Shown in pieces: positions 63,873 through 64,000 of a stretch of DNA of 64,000 nt. A program made the translations under genes and the position numbers. The DNA comes from Octopus vulgaris (lineage: Eukaryota), in the NCBI GenBank assembly GCA_951406725.2, contig OX597818.1:17856001-17920000 (forward strand), written 5' to 3'. Each line of letters opens with the position of its first letter. Position 1 is the first letter of the stretch. The notes below the pieces were generated by a model. The model worked only from the letters and a program-made list of their open reading frames with translations, ran no database searches and was not told the DNA's origin.

Positions 63873-64000
63873 CAGCCCCAGGCCAGTCATGGTCATGCCA
63901 CTCTACGTATAGTGTGTAAGCTGTCAGCTGAATGATGAGGTTCAACCTACAGATCTATTATCGTCGTTGTACCATGTCACAATCTAGCTGAGGATCATAT

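Overview
AT-rich, microsatellite- and transposon-dense animal genomic DNA. The tRNA-derived SINE families and repeat load look like an Octopus (coleoid cephalopod) genome; that is an inference, not a database result. Two host genes are supported. The last eight coding exons of an Arp2/3 complex subunit 1 gene (ARPC1A/B, + strand, 1097-9986) were assembled by hand with consistent splice phases. Convergent with it is an intronless 583-aa glucokinase regulatory protein (GCKR)/MurQ-family gene (- strand, 14293-16044) that keeps a bacterial-MurQ-like DASECxPTFG motif. The remaining ~45 kb has no recognisable host exon but holds a CpG-rich, promoter-like island at 20.5-21.0 kb and many mobile elements: a fragmented Helitron RepHel fossil that the ORF track does not reveal, non-autonomous Helitrons and a HINE, a CR1 LINE with an uninterrupted 921-aa ORF2, RTE, L1/Tx1, CRE- and R4-like fragments, Penelope-like remnants with minimal hammerhead-ribozyme motifs, mariner and pogo relics, piggyBac- and hAT-type MITEs, a perfect 158-bp palindrome and a 920-bp nested foldback element. 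Most short ORFs in the track are microsatellite or SINE artefacts. Repeat boundaries were read by eye and may be off by a few bases.
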